Below the pieces are notes generated by a model. It saw nothing but the letters and a program-made list of their open reading frames with translations, searched no databases and was not told where the DNA came from. Shown piece after piece: positions 1 to 11,810 of a DNA stretch of 64,000 bases. The position numbers and the translations under genes are program-made. Numbering within the stretch: position 1 is the stretch's first letter; every line of letters begins with the position of its first letter. This DNA comes from Octopus sinensis. Lineage: Eukaryota. The stretch is from assembly GCF_006345805.1 (NCBI RefSeq), contig NC_043008.1, positions 34,596,001 through 34,660,000 on the forward strand. The letters run 5' to 3'.

Positions 1-539
1 ATCACTAGTTGGTGGATCATCAAGCTAGTAGATGACAGGTGACTGTGCATGCCCTTCAATAACAGCAGGACTTACTACAACATCATGGTTCAAGATTTTG
101 CTAAAATATTGTACCACCTGGCCTTGATTTTGTTTAACTTGTGCAGCAGCACATTGCCAGTTTTTGCTTGCAGATGTATAGAGACAGAGGAAGGAGGACT
201 GTAGACTTCACACAGCTGGTGATACAGAGAGTTTGGATCATGTTTGTCAACTGATGTTTGAATTTAGCATGCTTTGTCTTGCTATCATATGTCCTTTGCT
301 GCCTACAACCCCTGCTGGACCTTGTGCAGCAAGAGGGTAACTCAACCAGTGGAATCACTCAGCATTATAAATCTCATATTCTGTATAGTCAGGCAGCTGC
401 TGCTGGAAAAGTAACTTGTAATCAACATAGAATGACTTGCAGGCTTTAAGAGTCACATGAGACACCATCAGCAATAAGGAAACCAAATGTAAAGTGTTTG
501 TTAGAATGAAATGAGTTTAAAAAGTGGTCATACTTGGTC

Positions 540-1282
540 ATGAGTAAAACCGATTGTATAATAAAAGGCAATAAAAAAATGGAAATCTGCAAGGAGGTAT
601 GTGCTGTGTACAAAGGAGTTACTGTTATGAAATGTGTATGCCAAGAAATGGCTGATGAACTGAAATTGACAGTGGCAAAATGAAAAGGTTAATTGACACC
701 AACCTCCACTATATGATAGGGATGATCATAGATATTCTCCAAACATTCAAATTGAGTTTTGAAAACTATTTGCATTGACTTGGTTACATCAGCAGGCTTG
801 ATGTTTGGGTTCCATATCAGTTTTATGAGGCTAACCTTGCCCAATAGATTTCTATCTCCACTTTGTTGTAGAAACAAAGAAAACAATCTTTGTTTTTGAA
901 GAGAATGTTGACAGAGGCAGGGGATGAAAAACCTACTATAACAATGTGAAGTGCAAACAATCATGGGAGAAAGGTGGTGGACCACCACAAACAACCTCCA
1001 GTGCAGGACTTCACCCAAAGAAGGTTATGCTTTTAATTTGATGGGATTGGAAGGGTGTTGTCTTTTAGGAGCTTCTCCCCACAGACAAGAACAGCTGGAC
1101 AAATTAAACACTGTAATTCACCATGAGTATCCAGAACTTTCCAGTTGGAAGGTTGGTGTCTTTCATCATGACAATGCCAGACCACATAATTCTTTACTGA
1201 CATGACAGAAGATACTGGAACTTAACTGTAAAGTTTTGCCTTGTCCTCCATATTTGTCCAACCCTGCACCTTCAGATATCCA
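540..1282 (+). pseudogene. Decayed mariner (DD34D-type) transposase, truncated at its 3' end by a Gypsy LTR
   Basis: Hand translation through stops and frameshifts gives LGYISRLDVWVP, LHPKKVML, WDWKGVV, FHHDNARPH and PPYLSNPAPSDIH, matching the mariner motifs WVPHEL, HDNARPH and YSPDLAPSD. Confidence 0.9.
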
Positions 1283-1488
1283 TGTTGTAATCCTTAATAT
1301 CGGATTGTTAAAATGTCCACTCTGGTATAGCAGTATGGTTAGTAATGCAAGTAAGATCATGACAATCTATAACCATCAACTACATACTCCCTCCTTATAT
1401 TGATTGATGTCACCTTATTTATAGTGACCAGCATATTCCATTCATCAGGTGGGAGAGGTGAACCATTATTGCTATTATTACTACAACA
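1283..1488 (-). mobile_element. 3' LTR (206 bp) of a Ty3/Gypsy element
   Basis: Termini TGTTGTA...TACAACA; polypurine tract TAAAAGGGGAGG directly upstream on the minus strand (1489-1500); TATAAATA box inside. Confidence 0.85.
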
Positions 1489-1689
1489 CCTCCCCTTTTA
1501 AGGTTTTTTATTTTTTTTTAGGGAGTGTCATTTTATTTCTTTTAATAGCAATACTTTTTATATCACCCCCACCTTTTTTTTTTCTTAGTTACACATTTGA
1601 TATTTTTTCCATTTGGCATCCACTTCATACATTTTCTTTTTCTTATGCTTGTGCAATCACCTGTAGTGGCACTGGTACTTGAAGAGTAT

Positions 1690-3794
1690 CATATAATCAT
1701 TTCATTGGTTCTTCTATTCTTTGGGGTTTGCTTTCAATGAATCTTCTTTACAGTTGGTTCATGTGTCTCTTGTATATGCCTTTTCTACTCTTTAGCAAGT
1801 ATAGCATTTTTCCTATGCATTTGGTAAGCACATCATCTTCCCGACTCCGTTTTCTGTTCTTATATGCTCTCACAAATACCTTTTCCCCAATTTTGAAAAA
1901 TCTTGCTGTATTTTCCATTGCAATTTTTCTTTTCTTGCCAGGTAGTAATTTGTCAAAGACTGACATTACTTTCCTCACAAACATCCACACTGCTTATGAT
2001 ATACCTGCTGGTGTATTTAGATTTTGTGACACATGGTATACTCTTAAGAATTATCATAGAGCTACCTCGTCCTTGACTTCCTTATTCAACTTTCTTAGGG
2101 CTCTCTTGGGCGTATTGACAAAGTATTCTGCCTGTCCTTTAGATCTGGGATGGTATGGTGCCATAGTTGCATGATTTACTGCAAATGTTTCACATAACTT
2201 TTTCAATTCAAATGACACAAATTGTTCCATTGCCAGACACTGTCATGTTTGGGATACAAAATCTTGCAAGCAGCTCATGTAAAAAGTTTGTCACAGTTGA
2301 GGAGGTTGGTTTTTTACACTTACAAATTTCTGGCCATTTTGAGAAATTGTCAACTGCCACTAAGTAGTATGAATCATTTAAAGGACCAACCACAGAACAT
2401 CTACTTTTGGCTAAGGTTCACTTTTTATTGTCAGTAATTTTGCTGCTAGAGCACATCCTCTACAGCCTTTCACTAAATTTTTGATTTCTCTATCCATTTT
2501 TGGCCAATACACATAGCTACACATTAAAGCTTTCACCATCGAAATACCAGGGTGTTCAATAGGAAATTCCCTCAACATTTTCTTTTGTAGTGTTTCATGT
2601 ATCACTACTCTCTGTGCACACATCAGTACACCATCACAAATTGAGTATAGGTTCACATCTTGGTTTTGTTTCACAGTAATCCTGTTCCTATTTACTTTTC
2701 CTGACCACAGTGTTCTTTTCACTTCTGTTATGAATTTGTCCTTTACCACAATTCACTTTATGTCTTCTAGGGTTACTGGTAATTTGCATACCACATTCCA
2801 CATTACATTTTTTTTCTCCTTCTGACCTTAAAGCTGTGATTACCATATTTTCAAATGATTTGCAATGCTTTGGTATCAGTCTGGACAAACCATCCACATG
2901 CACTAGTATTTTTGATAGTAAATATTCCATTTTGTAGTCATAATTCAATAAAATATTCCATTTTGTAGTCATAATTCAATAATGCAGTGCTCCATTGCTG
3001 TAGTTTATTTGCTGTGTGTGTTGGCATTCCTTTTTTAGAACCATATATTGACAGTAGTGGGCAATGAGCCGTTTGTAGATAGAAACTTTTTCCATGAATA
3101 AATCCACTGAATGATTGCTAGTGCTTCATTTTCTATCTGACTATAGTTCCTTTCAGCTGGTAATAATGATTGTGACACATATGCTATAGCCCTTTTACTC
3201 CCATCATCATATTTGTACAGAGGCACAGCTCTTACACCATAATCACTCGCATCTATAGCCGATATAGTATCCAGCTTTGGATCAAAATGTGTTAAATCTG
3301 ATGTTAAAATGCTTTTTAACTCGTCAAATGCCTCCTGACACTTATCAGTCCAACATGATTTTACATGTTTCTTAAAATCATTGAGCAAGGTCCTTACATT
3401 ATGTATATTGGGAATGTAAATTTAGTAATAATTAACTAAACCCAAGAATGCTTGTAGCATAGTCACATTATTCGGCATGAGCATATTTTTTATCGCAGTT
3501 GCTCTGAATGGATCTGGTTTCCATCCGTTTTTATCTATTGTCTGACCTAAGTATCCAATTTTTTCATAAAAAACTCGTATTTTTCTTCCATTAATTTAAA
3601 ACCATATTCTCAAATCTTCTCAAGCACCCTTTTAACATGTTCTACATGTTCATGTGATTTGATTTTTATTAGATTATCATCTGAATAGGTGATAGCAAAA
3701 TCACAGTCACCCAGCATTGTATCCATTACTTGCTGAAATATGGAAGGAACCACTTTAAGGGAAGCTGCTTAAATCTAAATAAGCCACAGTGCAT
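1690..3794 (-). pseudogene. Decayed Ty3/Gypsy pol: RT, RNase H, integrase
   Basis: HCGLFRFKQLP; FQQVMDTML...YSDD (YLDD-like); DASDYGVRAV...RNYSQIENEALAI (RNase H); HPG...YVYWPKMDREIKNLVKGCRGC (integrase zinc finger); VDNFSKWPEI (core). Domain order RT-RH-IN. 31-bp tandem duplication near 2920-2980. Confidence 0.95.
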
Positions 3795-3820
3795 CCCCAA
3801 AGTCCATCCCCTTCTCACCG

Positions 3821-4153
3821 TGTTGGGGACGCTGGCAACAGGTAGTGTCAGAGCTATGCCATCGGGAACTTCGGTTCCTGGTAGGGCCACCCAAGGTGGA
3901 TTGGTCTGACACTGAGTGGTATTAGGCCACAACCTGGCAGACGGGGCTCTGGTGAAAATCCTCGGAGTGTCTGTTTCGGCAACCGGCGGCTCCTCGGTCG
4001 TTCTGTCCCTGCATCTGCGGACAATCTGCGGCAAACAGGATGTCTCTACATGCGGGATTGTTGGGGACCGCTTGTGAAATGCAAATATTCCCATGAAACT
4101 TCTTCCATGGTAGAAGAAGCCGACCCAACCTGCCCGGGGTGAATGTCGCCACA
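3821..4153 (-). mobile_element. GC-rich LTR-like segment unrelated to the 1283-1488 LTR, followed by a PBS-like sequence
   Basis: Minus strand starts TGTGGCGAC and ends GTCCCCAACA (imperfect inverted termini), then CGGTGAGAAGGGGATGG; CpG-rich; no TSD found. Confidence 0.5.
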
Positions 4154-4876
4154 AGTACAAGTAAGTAAGTACAGTGTACATACAAGCAGCTAATATGAAA
4201 AGAATTTAATCGAGATTTTAGTGATAAACAGAAGTGAAATTTTACACTCAGTACTTCTGATGACATCCTGTTCTGTTTGCATGACATAAGTGGAAGTCCA
4301 CAAGATAAAAAATAAAATAAATAAAAAAATAAAAGAAAAGAAATTTGTGTCTTCAATATTGGCTGGTCCACTTTTGCCAGTGATTCCTATTAATATTCAA
4401 ACAAAACCAAACCCAAAAAACCAAAAAGCTATTGCTGATTTTTATGTGGATCAAAGGTAAAGTTTTTTGGAATTGTTGTCATTGTTTAACTGACCCCACC
4501 CCACCATATCTTACCCTCACCACATCTTACCCTCACCACCAGTCTAAAGTCAGATCATGATTTCATCTCACTAGTGTATCTTTTTTGGAATAATCATTCA
4601 CACTGGCCTTCCTCTTCTAATGAAGTCATAAAAAAAGGCAAATGAGGCTAGGCTCACATTATCACTTGTGATCTGTTTACATTAAAATGACTGAGTGTAA
4701 TTCAAGGAAGATTTCACTGTCATTTCTAGTAGGTCAAGTGGACTGATTGTTTTGGCATATAATTTTAACTACTCATTATACTCCCAACTACCCCCACCTA
4801 CCACTCTCCTTCCACCATCTCGTGAACTCACCCACCCACTCTTCCTTTCCATTCTCCAGTTCACCTCATCACATAC

Positions 4877-5188
4877 TGTGGTGTTGGCAGTCGGTGTTAT
4901 GGGACATGACGAGCTTGTGGTGTAGGTGGAGAGGATGACAGATGAGGTGGGCAGAAGTAGGGCTTGCAGGGGCCGGTGGAAGACTGGAGGGCGCATGTGC
5001 GGGGGGAAGTGGAAGCGGTCAAGCGGGATGCACGTGTGGTCATTGAGGAAGTGGGCAGTTCGAGCATAGACGCGGAAGTGACAGGACGTGTCGAATTTTT
5101 AAGAGACCTCTGATCTTCGCGGAGGTAAGGCCTTTTTGTATTTCTTTCTCCTTCTCCTTCTGTTGTCCTCTTCATCCATCACACTACA
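4877..5188. mobile_element. Solo LTR (312 bp)
   Basis: TGTGGTG...CACTACA termini (6/7 inverted match) flanked by the 5-bp direct repeat CATAC at 4872-4876 and 5189-5193. Confidence 0.85.
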
Positions 5189-5339
5189 CATACACCTCCC
5201 AGTAAATTGGCTGAACAGCCCTCTGACCCCTCTCTGTCACATCTTTGCCTTATCTTTCTCCTCTCTGTCTCTTCTATTTCCCCACTCTCTTTCTGCCTGA
5301 GGTAGCACATTTTTTTTCTGTCCCTCTGTATGACACTCC

Positions 5340-5650
5340 TCATCTCAGTTGAGGGGATTTTGTCTTGCAAGTAACTTGGTGACCTCATTACTGCTGGTGT
5401 CACATAAAATACACTTTGTAAAATGGTTGGCATTAGAAAGGGCATCCACCCATAGAAACCATTCCAAAACAGACAGCAGAGCTTAGTGCAGTCTTCTGAG
5501 TTGCTAGTTCCTGTTGAAACATCCAACCTATGCAAGCATGGAAAATGGACATTAAATGATGACAACGATGGCAGTGGGGATGATGATGATGATGATGATG
5601 ATGAGGAGGAGGAGGAGGATGGTGATGGTGATGACGATGATGATGAGGTA
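5340..5650 (+). mobile_element. RTE-type 3'-tail element ending in (GAT/GAG)n
   Basis: Shares GGTTGGCATTAG-AAGGGCATCC...CCATGC-AGCATGGAAA...TTAAATGATGAT with the 3' end of the RTE at 26331-28401. Confidence 0.7.
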
Positions 5651-6879
5651 GGTAGGGTGTATCCGAAAAGGAATGAAAAGTAAAGTTGATCTCAGTAGCA
5701 TTTGAACTCAAAGAATAAAAGAGCTGAAAGAAATTCCACTCAGCGTTTTGTCCAGCCTGCTAGCGATTCTTCCAGCTCTATGCTCTATTTCTTGCAATGA
5801 ATATTGGTATCTCTTGTCCAAGTGTTAAATGGTTTTTTATGGGAAGCTTTTTCCCCCAATATTGCAGCTAACAAAAACTAATTCCACTTTCTTCATTTTC
5901 TTCCACTTTTATTATGTTCTTTTATTTATGTACATGTTGATATATTTATTTATTTACTAATTTACTATCAATAGAGTTGATTCAGTAATTCCCACATTTT
6001 TCAGAACACACCAAAAACAAATGTGCCTAAAATAATGAAATAGTAAAGTTGAATTTTGCAACCGGTTCGCTAGAAGCCATTACATAGTTGAAAAATTATT
6101 GTGCAGTCAATTCAAGATTTCTTCATTATCCTGTAATGACATTTTTTTTTTTTTTTGGTTAGATTAGTTGTTCATCACATCTTGCTATAAACATTCTAAT
6201 TTTGCTGTAAAAAAAATTCTATTTGTTCAGAAACAAAATAATTAAAAATTTTTGTTTTTATACAAAATGTAATGGACTAATTTATGAATTCACATTCCTT
6301 GTAGCATTATTAATTTTGTTCATTTATTTGGCATTTATCAGGTGGCATTCGCAAATTCTTGATGTACGATGATACTTCGAAACATTTAATGAGGAGGTTT
6401 TTTGGACAGTTTTCGATTGTGTCAATTACAGAACAGTTCTTGAAAATTCTCATGTAATAATCACCTCATTTTTCTATACAAATAAGAAATCCATTAGATA
6501 TTCACACGCATACATGCATCAACATGTACATAGATATACACACACAATGGCACACATACACACACAAAATTATCATTACTGTTCTCCTCCTCCTCCTCCT
6601 CACGATGATGATCATCATCGTCAGCATCATTGCTTAACATTCACTTTTCCATACTTCTATGAGTTGGGTGGAATTCATTGAGGCAGAATTTTCTATGCCA
6701 CCCCTGTTACCAACCCTCATCTATTTCCAAGCAAGATGATATTTCTCCTTGGTCAGATATGCTCTTCACAGAAGACTGGAAATAAACAATATCAGTTATT
6801 AGACCATGCTCCTCATTTAAAACTGTCACATGATGTCAAGACAAGAACACACACACACATGCACTAGCATCCATATACA

Positions 6880-6931
6880 TATATATACAAGCATACATAC
6901 ATATACATAAATGTATATTACATATATATAT

Positions 6932-7026
<95 letters not shown>
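6880..7026. repeat. (TA)n/(CA)n microsatellite
   Basis: Direct reading. Confidence 0.95.
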
Positions 7027-7028
<2 letters not shown>

Positions 7029-7104
7029 TGCAGGCACTGATGTCAACGTAATCAACTTACCTCCTCCTTCAAAAATTGCTAGCTTCATGCCAAAAATTGC
7101 TAAA

Positions 7105-7479
7105 TAGGTGCAGGAGTGGCTGTGTGGCAAGTAGCCTGCTTACCAACCACATGGTTCTGGGTTCAGTCCCACTGTGTGGCACCTTGGGAAAGTGTCTTCT
7201 ACTATAGCCTCAGGCCAACCATAGCCTTGTGAATGGATTTGGTAGACAGAAACTGAAAGAAGCCCATCATATATATGTATATATATATATATATGTACAT
7301 GTTTGTGTGTCTGTGTTTGTCCTTGTAATTTAGCAGTTTGGCAAAAAGAGACCAATAGAATAAGCACTAGGCTTACAAAGAATAAGTCCTGGGGGGTCGA
7401 TTTGTTTCACTAAAGGCGGTTCTCCAGCATGGCCACAGTCAAATGCCTGAAACAAGTAAAAGAATAAAAGAAAAAGAAT
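7105..7479 (+). mobile_element. SINE family A (tRNA-like head, CORE-like segment, internal TA/TG tract, second domain, AAAGAGT-like tail)
   Basis: GGCTGTGTGG..GGGTTCAGTCCCAC (A/B-box-like), CACCTTGGG-AAGTGTCTT (CORE-like), GGGGTCGATTTG, CTGAAACAAGTAAAAGA; about 20 full or partial copies in the window. Confidence 0.9.
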
Positions 7480-7579
7480 ATATATATATATATATCCAGT
7501 GTGTATGTATGTGTGTATATATATATATGTATATATATGTTTAGTGAAGGGAAGAAGATTCTACAAAATTCCTTTTTAT

Positions 7580-7628
<49 letters not shown>

Positions 7629-7635
7629 TGAGGAA

Positions 7636-7830
7636 GGCTGGTTCATGGGATTGCCTTAGGTTTCCTGTTCATAAAGGGTTTAGTTTATGGCGTATTGTCA
7701 GATTCCAAAAACCTGTTGGCCCATGACCTCTTGAAAGGTCATGAGCCAACAGGTTTTGGGGATCTGATGATATGCCATAAAGCTAAACCCTTTATAGACA
7801 GAAACAAACAAGGTAGTCTCTACGTCAGCC
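7636..7830. repeat. Foldback hairpin with about 85-bp arms and a 6-nt loop
   Basis: CATGACCT-cttgaa-AGGTCATG core; pairing continues through CCAAAAACCTGTTGGC/GCCAACAGGTTTTGG, TTATGGCGTAT/ATATGCCATAA and ATAAAGGGTTTAG/CTAAACCCTTTAT. Confidence 0.9.
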
Positions 7831-7884
7831 ATGGGCAGATTGCAACCTGCTGGACTTTCTGAATGGCATGCCTAATGAAAAATT

Positions 7885-8665
7885 TATTTTTATCTTTTAC
7901 TTTTTCCAGTCAGTTAATTGCTGTCATGCTGGGGCACCACCTTGAAGGTCTCAGTACTTGTTTTTCCAAAGCTTGGTACTTATTCTTTCGGTATGCTGAA
8001 CATCTGAAGTATGGGGACATAAACACACCAACACCAGTTATCAAGCAGTGGTGGGGGGCAAACAGACACAAAGACACACACACACATATAGATATATGTA
8101 TATGTATGTATACTCTACTCTTTACTCTTTTACTTGTTTCAGTCATTTGACTGCGGCCATGCTGGAGCACCACCTTTAGTCGAGCAAATCAACCCCAGGA
8201 CTTATTCTTTGGAAGCCTAGTACTTATTCTATCAGTCTCTTTTGCTGAACCACTGAGTTACGGGGACGTAAACATACCAGCATCGGTTGTCAAACGATGT
8301 TGGGGGAGCAAACACAGACACACAAACACTTACACACACATACATATATACAACAGGCTTCTTTTAGTTTCTGTCTACCAAATCCTCTCACAAGGCTTTG
8401 GTCAGCCCGAGGCTAGCCACACAGTGGAACTGAACCCGGAACCATGTGGTTGGTAAGCAAGCTACTTACCACACAACCACTCCTACGCCTATTTATAAAT
8501 GACAGGCTTCTTTCAGTTTCCACCTACCAAATCCACTCACAAGGCTTTGGTTGGCCTGAGACTACGGCAAAAGACACTTGCCCAAGGTGCCACGCTGTGG
8601 AACTGAACCCAGGACTATGTGGTTGGGAAGCAAATTTTTTACCACACCACCATGTCTGTGCCTAT
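7885..8665 (-). mobile_element. Cluster of SINE family A: 3' half, full copy (8112-8491), 5' half
   Basis: Reverse complement of the 7105-7479 sequence. Confidence 0.9.
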
Positions 8666-9694
8666 GTTGAATTTTGTTTTCAGCAGTATGGCCTGCCTAA
8701 AGATGAGTCAAGTCTTATGCAAACTGCTTCTCAAAAACAGTTGCCCATACCTTCTCTACATGTTTATTCAAGAAATAGCAGCCAAATTTTCCTCAAATCA
8801 CAACCAACAAGATACCTTTGATAATGAATTCTTAAGTGCACTTTTCTTTCAAAGAAAGTTTTGGAATGGTCACTGCTGGAATGCCTTATTTTAATGGCTT
8901 GGTCAGAGGAAGAAGGGCATTACATGATCTTTTTCAAGGCTGCCAAGGCTTGTGGGAAGAAAAAGGATGTTAACGGGAAACCTAACCCAAATAGTTATAA
9001 CAAAATAAATCCTATGAAGATACCCAGATGCAAAATGGTATTAAACTGAAAATGAGTGGTAAATATAACCATAGAACTGCTTGGTTATGTGTGGAACCTA
9101 CACAACAGCAACAACAACAATTACTGGTATTTCTTAAATTTAGTGACTTATGCTAAGGATATAAGCTATTCTGTTGAGAAAGTAAAATAGAAATGCTCTT
9201 AGGACTCATTAAAGCATTTCTGAAGTGTTTTGGCATCGATAATGGATATTGGGCAGAAGCTGTTGGAGACAGTTCAAGAATTCTGAACTTACTCGTAAAA
9301 CTATATCAACTGGTGAACAAAGATACAGTATAACAATAACTAAGGTAAACAGTTGGCAAGAAGAATCTACATTTAACATAATTATAACAGTTTTCCATCC
9401 ATGTGAAGCATGAGCCAATAAAAGAGTTTGTACATGGGCACACAGGATTATTTAGTCTTAAGTACACTATACATGCATGTGTGTGTGTGTGTATGTGTGT
9501 GGTGGGGGAGTGTGCATGTGTATACATGCATATATACAAGTGAGTAGACAAATGATAGAAAGTGACACTCAACACATTTGGCCAGAATTACAAATATTTT
9601 GATAACAGTTTGACCCACCTCTGCTTTGTGGGTGCATAGGATGGACCCATCTTGTCAGATATAAGAGAATATATATTTATTTATGCATCTTTTA

Positions 9695-10135
9695 TTGTTT
9701 ATCTTTTACTTGCTTCAATCATTAGACTTTGGCCATGCTGGGTCACTGCCTTGGAGAATTTTTTAGCCAATTGAATCACCCCACCCCAGTACATATTTTT
9801 GTTAAACTTGGTTCTTATTCTATCAGTCTCTTTGCTGAACCAGTAAGTTATGGTTATTAAGCAGTGGTGGGGGAACAAAGGCAGACACAAATTCACACCC
9901 GCAAAGGTATATATATATATTTACATAATATCAAGGTCTCTTTCCTTCTTTTGTTGTCTTACCATTTTTATCAATATATATATATATATATATATACGAT
10001 GAGTTTCTTTCAGTTTCCGTCAACCAAATCCACTCACAAGGCTTTGGCTGGCCCGAGGTGCCACACAGTGGGACTTAATCTGGAGCCATGGGGTTGGGAA
10101 GCAAGCTTTTTACCATGCAGCCACGCCTGCACTTA
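9695..10135 (-). mobile_element. SINE family A, older and partly deleted
   Basis: Similarity to other family A copies. Confidence 0.8.
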
Positions 10136-10984
10136 TGTTTGTAATATATAGTTGCAATTTTTTGTGCAACATCTCTCTCTGTCTCTTTTTTTTTTCTCTT
10201 ATTCCCTCTCACACTACTTACCTCTTTGTTGTTTTCTGTCTCTTTGCTCTCCAACACTTTCCCTCTCCTCCTACAACCATGTGACCCGTGACCATTTGCA
10301 TATCTCTGTCCATCTTACTTTTTCTCCTGACTTTCAACTCATTCAGGTATGTATCTCTCACCTCCTTCACTACTTATAACGCCACTTGCCTTTTTCACCA
10401 TTCGTTTTTTTTTTTACTTTTCATCCTATCCTTCCATCTGTCCACTTTCTAGTCCCTGCAGAAGAACCAAGAAGAAACTATAGCAGAATATGTGCCTCAA
10501 TATAGAACTACAAAGAACAACTGTTTAAAGCACAACATCACCATGTTCTGATATGAGAGGCGGAAAATATTACTTATTCTGGGCATAAAGCAATAGGATA
10601 TGCATTAATATTTAGTAAAGAGTAACAAGAAATTAAAATAAATAACTAAAAACATAAGGAAGACAAAATCGTTTACTATTTTCAAGTACATGAGCAAATG
10701 CAAGACCGAAATTGGAAAAATAGTGAAGGAGAAAAAAAAGAGAAGCATTATGGAAAAGCTAATACATAAGTTAAAATTGGGTGCTACAAACTGCCATGCT
10801 AAAAGAATGGGAACGAAACCTCTTAATGACCCATACCTGAAGGAAAAAAGAATGAACTGGATGTAAAAAGAAAGAAAATATGAAGCACTGGATAAGAAAC
10901 ACAAGTGATGGAGGGGGTAGAAGGCACAATGAAGAGAAGTTGCTAGCAGCCTTATCCAAAGTAAGGCATTCCAAGTTCTGAAGC

Positions 10985-11405
10985 TTATTCTTTTCTTTTA
11001 TTCTTTTACTTGTTTCAGTCATTTGACTGTGGCCATGCTGGAGCACTGCCTTAGAGAGTTTTAGTCAAAGAAATCAACACCAGGGTGTATTCTTTGTAAG
11101 CCTAGTGTTTATTCTATTGGTCTCTTTTGCCGAATCACTAAGTTACAGGAACGTAAAGGCACCAACATCAGTTGTCAAGCAATGATGGGGTTGGGAGGCA
11201 AAACACAGACACAAAGAAACACACACATAAATATATATATATATATATACAACGGGCTTCTTTTAGTTTCTGTCTACCAAATCTACTCACACGGCTTTGG
11301 TTGGCCTGATGCCATAGTAAAAGACACTTGCCTAAGGTTCCACACAGTGGGGCTGAACCTGGAACCATGTGGTTGGGAAGCAAGCTTCTTACCACACAGC
11401 CACTC
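10985..11405 (-). mobile_element. SINE family A
   Basis: Full-length similarity to other family A copies. Confidence 0.9.
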
Positions 11406-11431
11406 ACACACACACACACACACACAATTAA

Positions 11432-11810
11432 GGCACTGGTATGGCTGTGTGGTTAAGAAGCTTGCTTCTCAGCCATGTGGTCTTGGGTTTAGTCCTACTG
11501 TATGGCACCTTAGGCAAATGTCTTCTATTATAAGTCAAGGCTGACCAAAGCCTTGTGAGCAGATTTGGTAAACAGAAACTGGAGAAAGCCCATTGTGATG
11601 GTTGTAAATGAGCATCATTGTCATACAAGCAGGGTTGTCTGTTTCCAGTCTTCCATGAGAAATAAGTTCTAGATATGGGGAAATATTACCTTGCTTGGAA
11701 ACAGGTGAGAGAAAACAATAAAAAGAGCATCCAGTCATAGAAAATCTACATCTATAAACGCTGTCTGGCTTAAGCAAGCGTGGAAAAGTGGACATTAAAA
11801 CAATGACAAT
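11432..11810 (+). mobile_element. SINE with family A head and an alternative RTE-tail body
   Basis: Head matches family A to GAAACTG-AGAAAGCCC, then TTACCTTGCTTGGAAACAGG...GCATCCAG-CATAGAAAATCT...GGACATTAAAAC; same body at 21195-21600 (+) and about 6640-6860 (-). Confidence 0.75.

Noticed and set aside
6340-6460. Short CpG-retaining stretch with open frames on both strands
   Set aside because: No consistent acceptor/donor pair and no recognisable protein
10456-10485. Third hammerhead-like motif CTGCAGA...GAAAC after a CT-rich tract
   Set aside because: Core is mutated and stem II cannot pair; too degenerate to support
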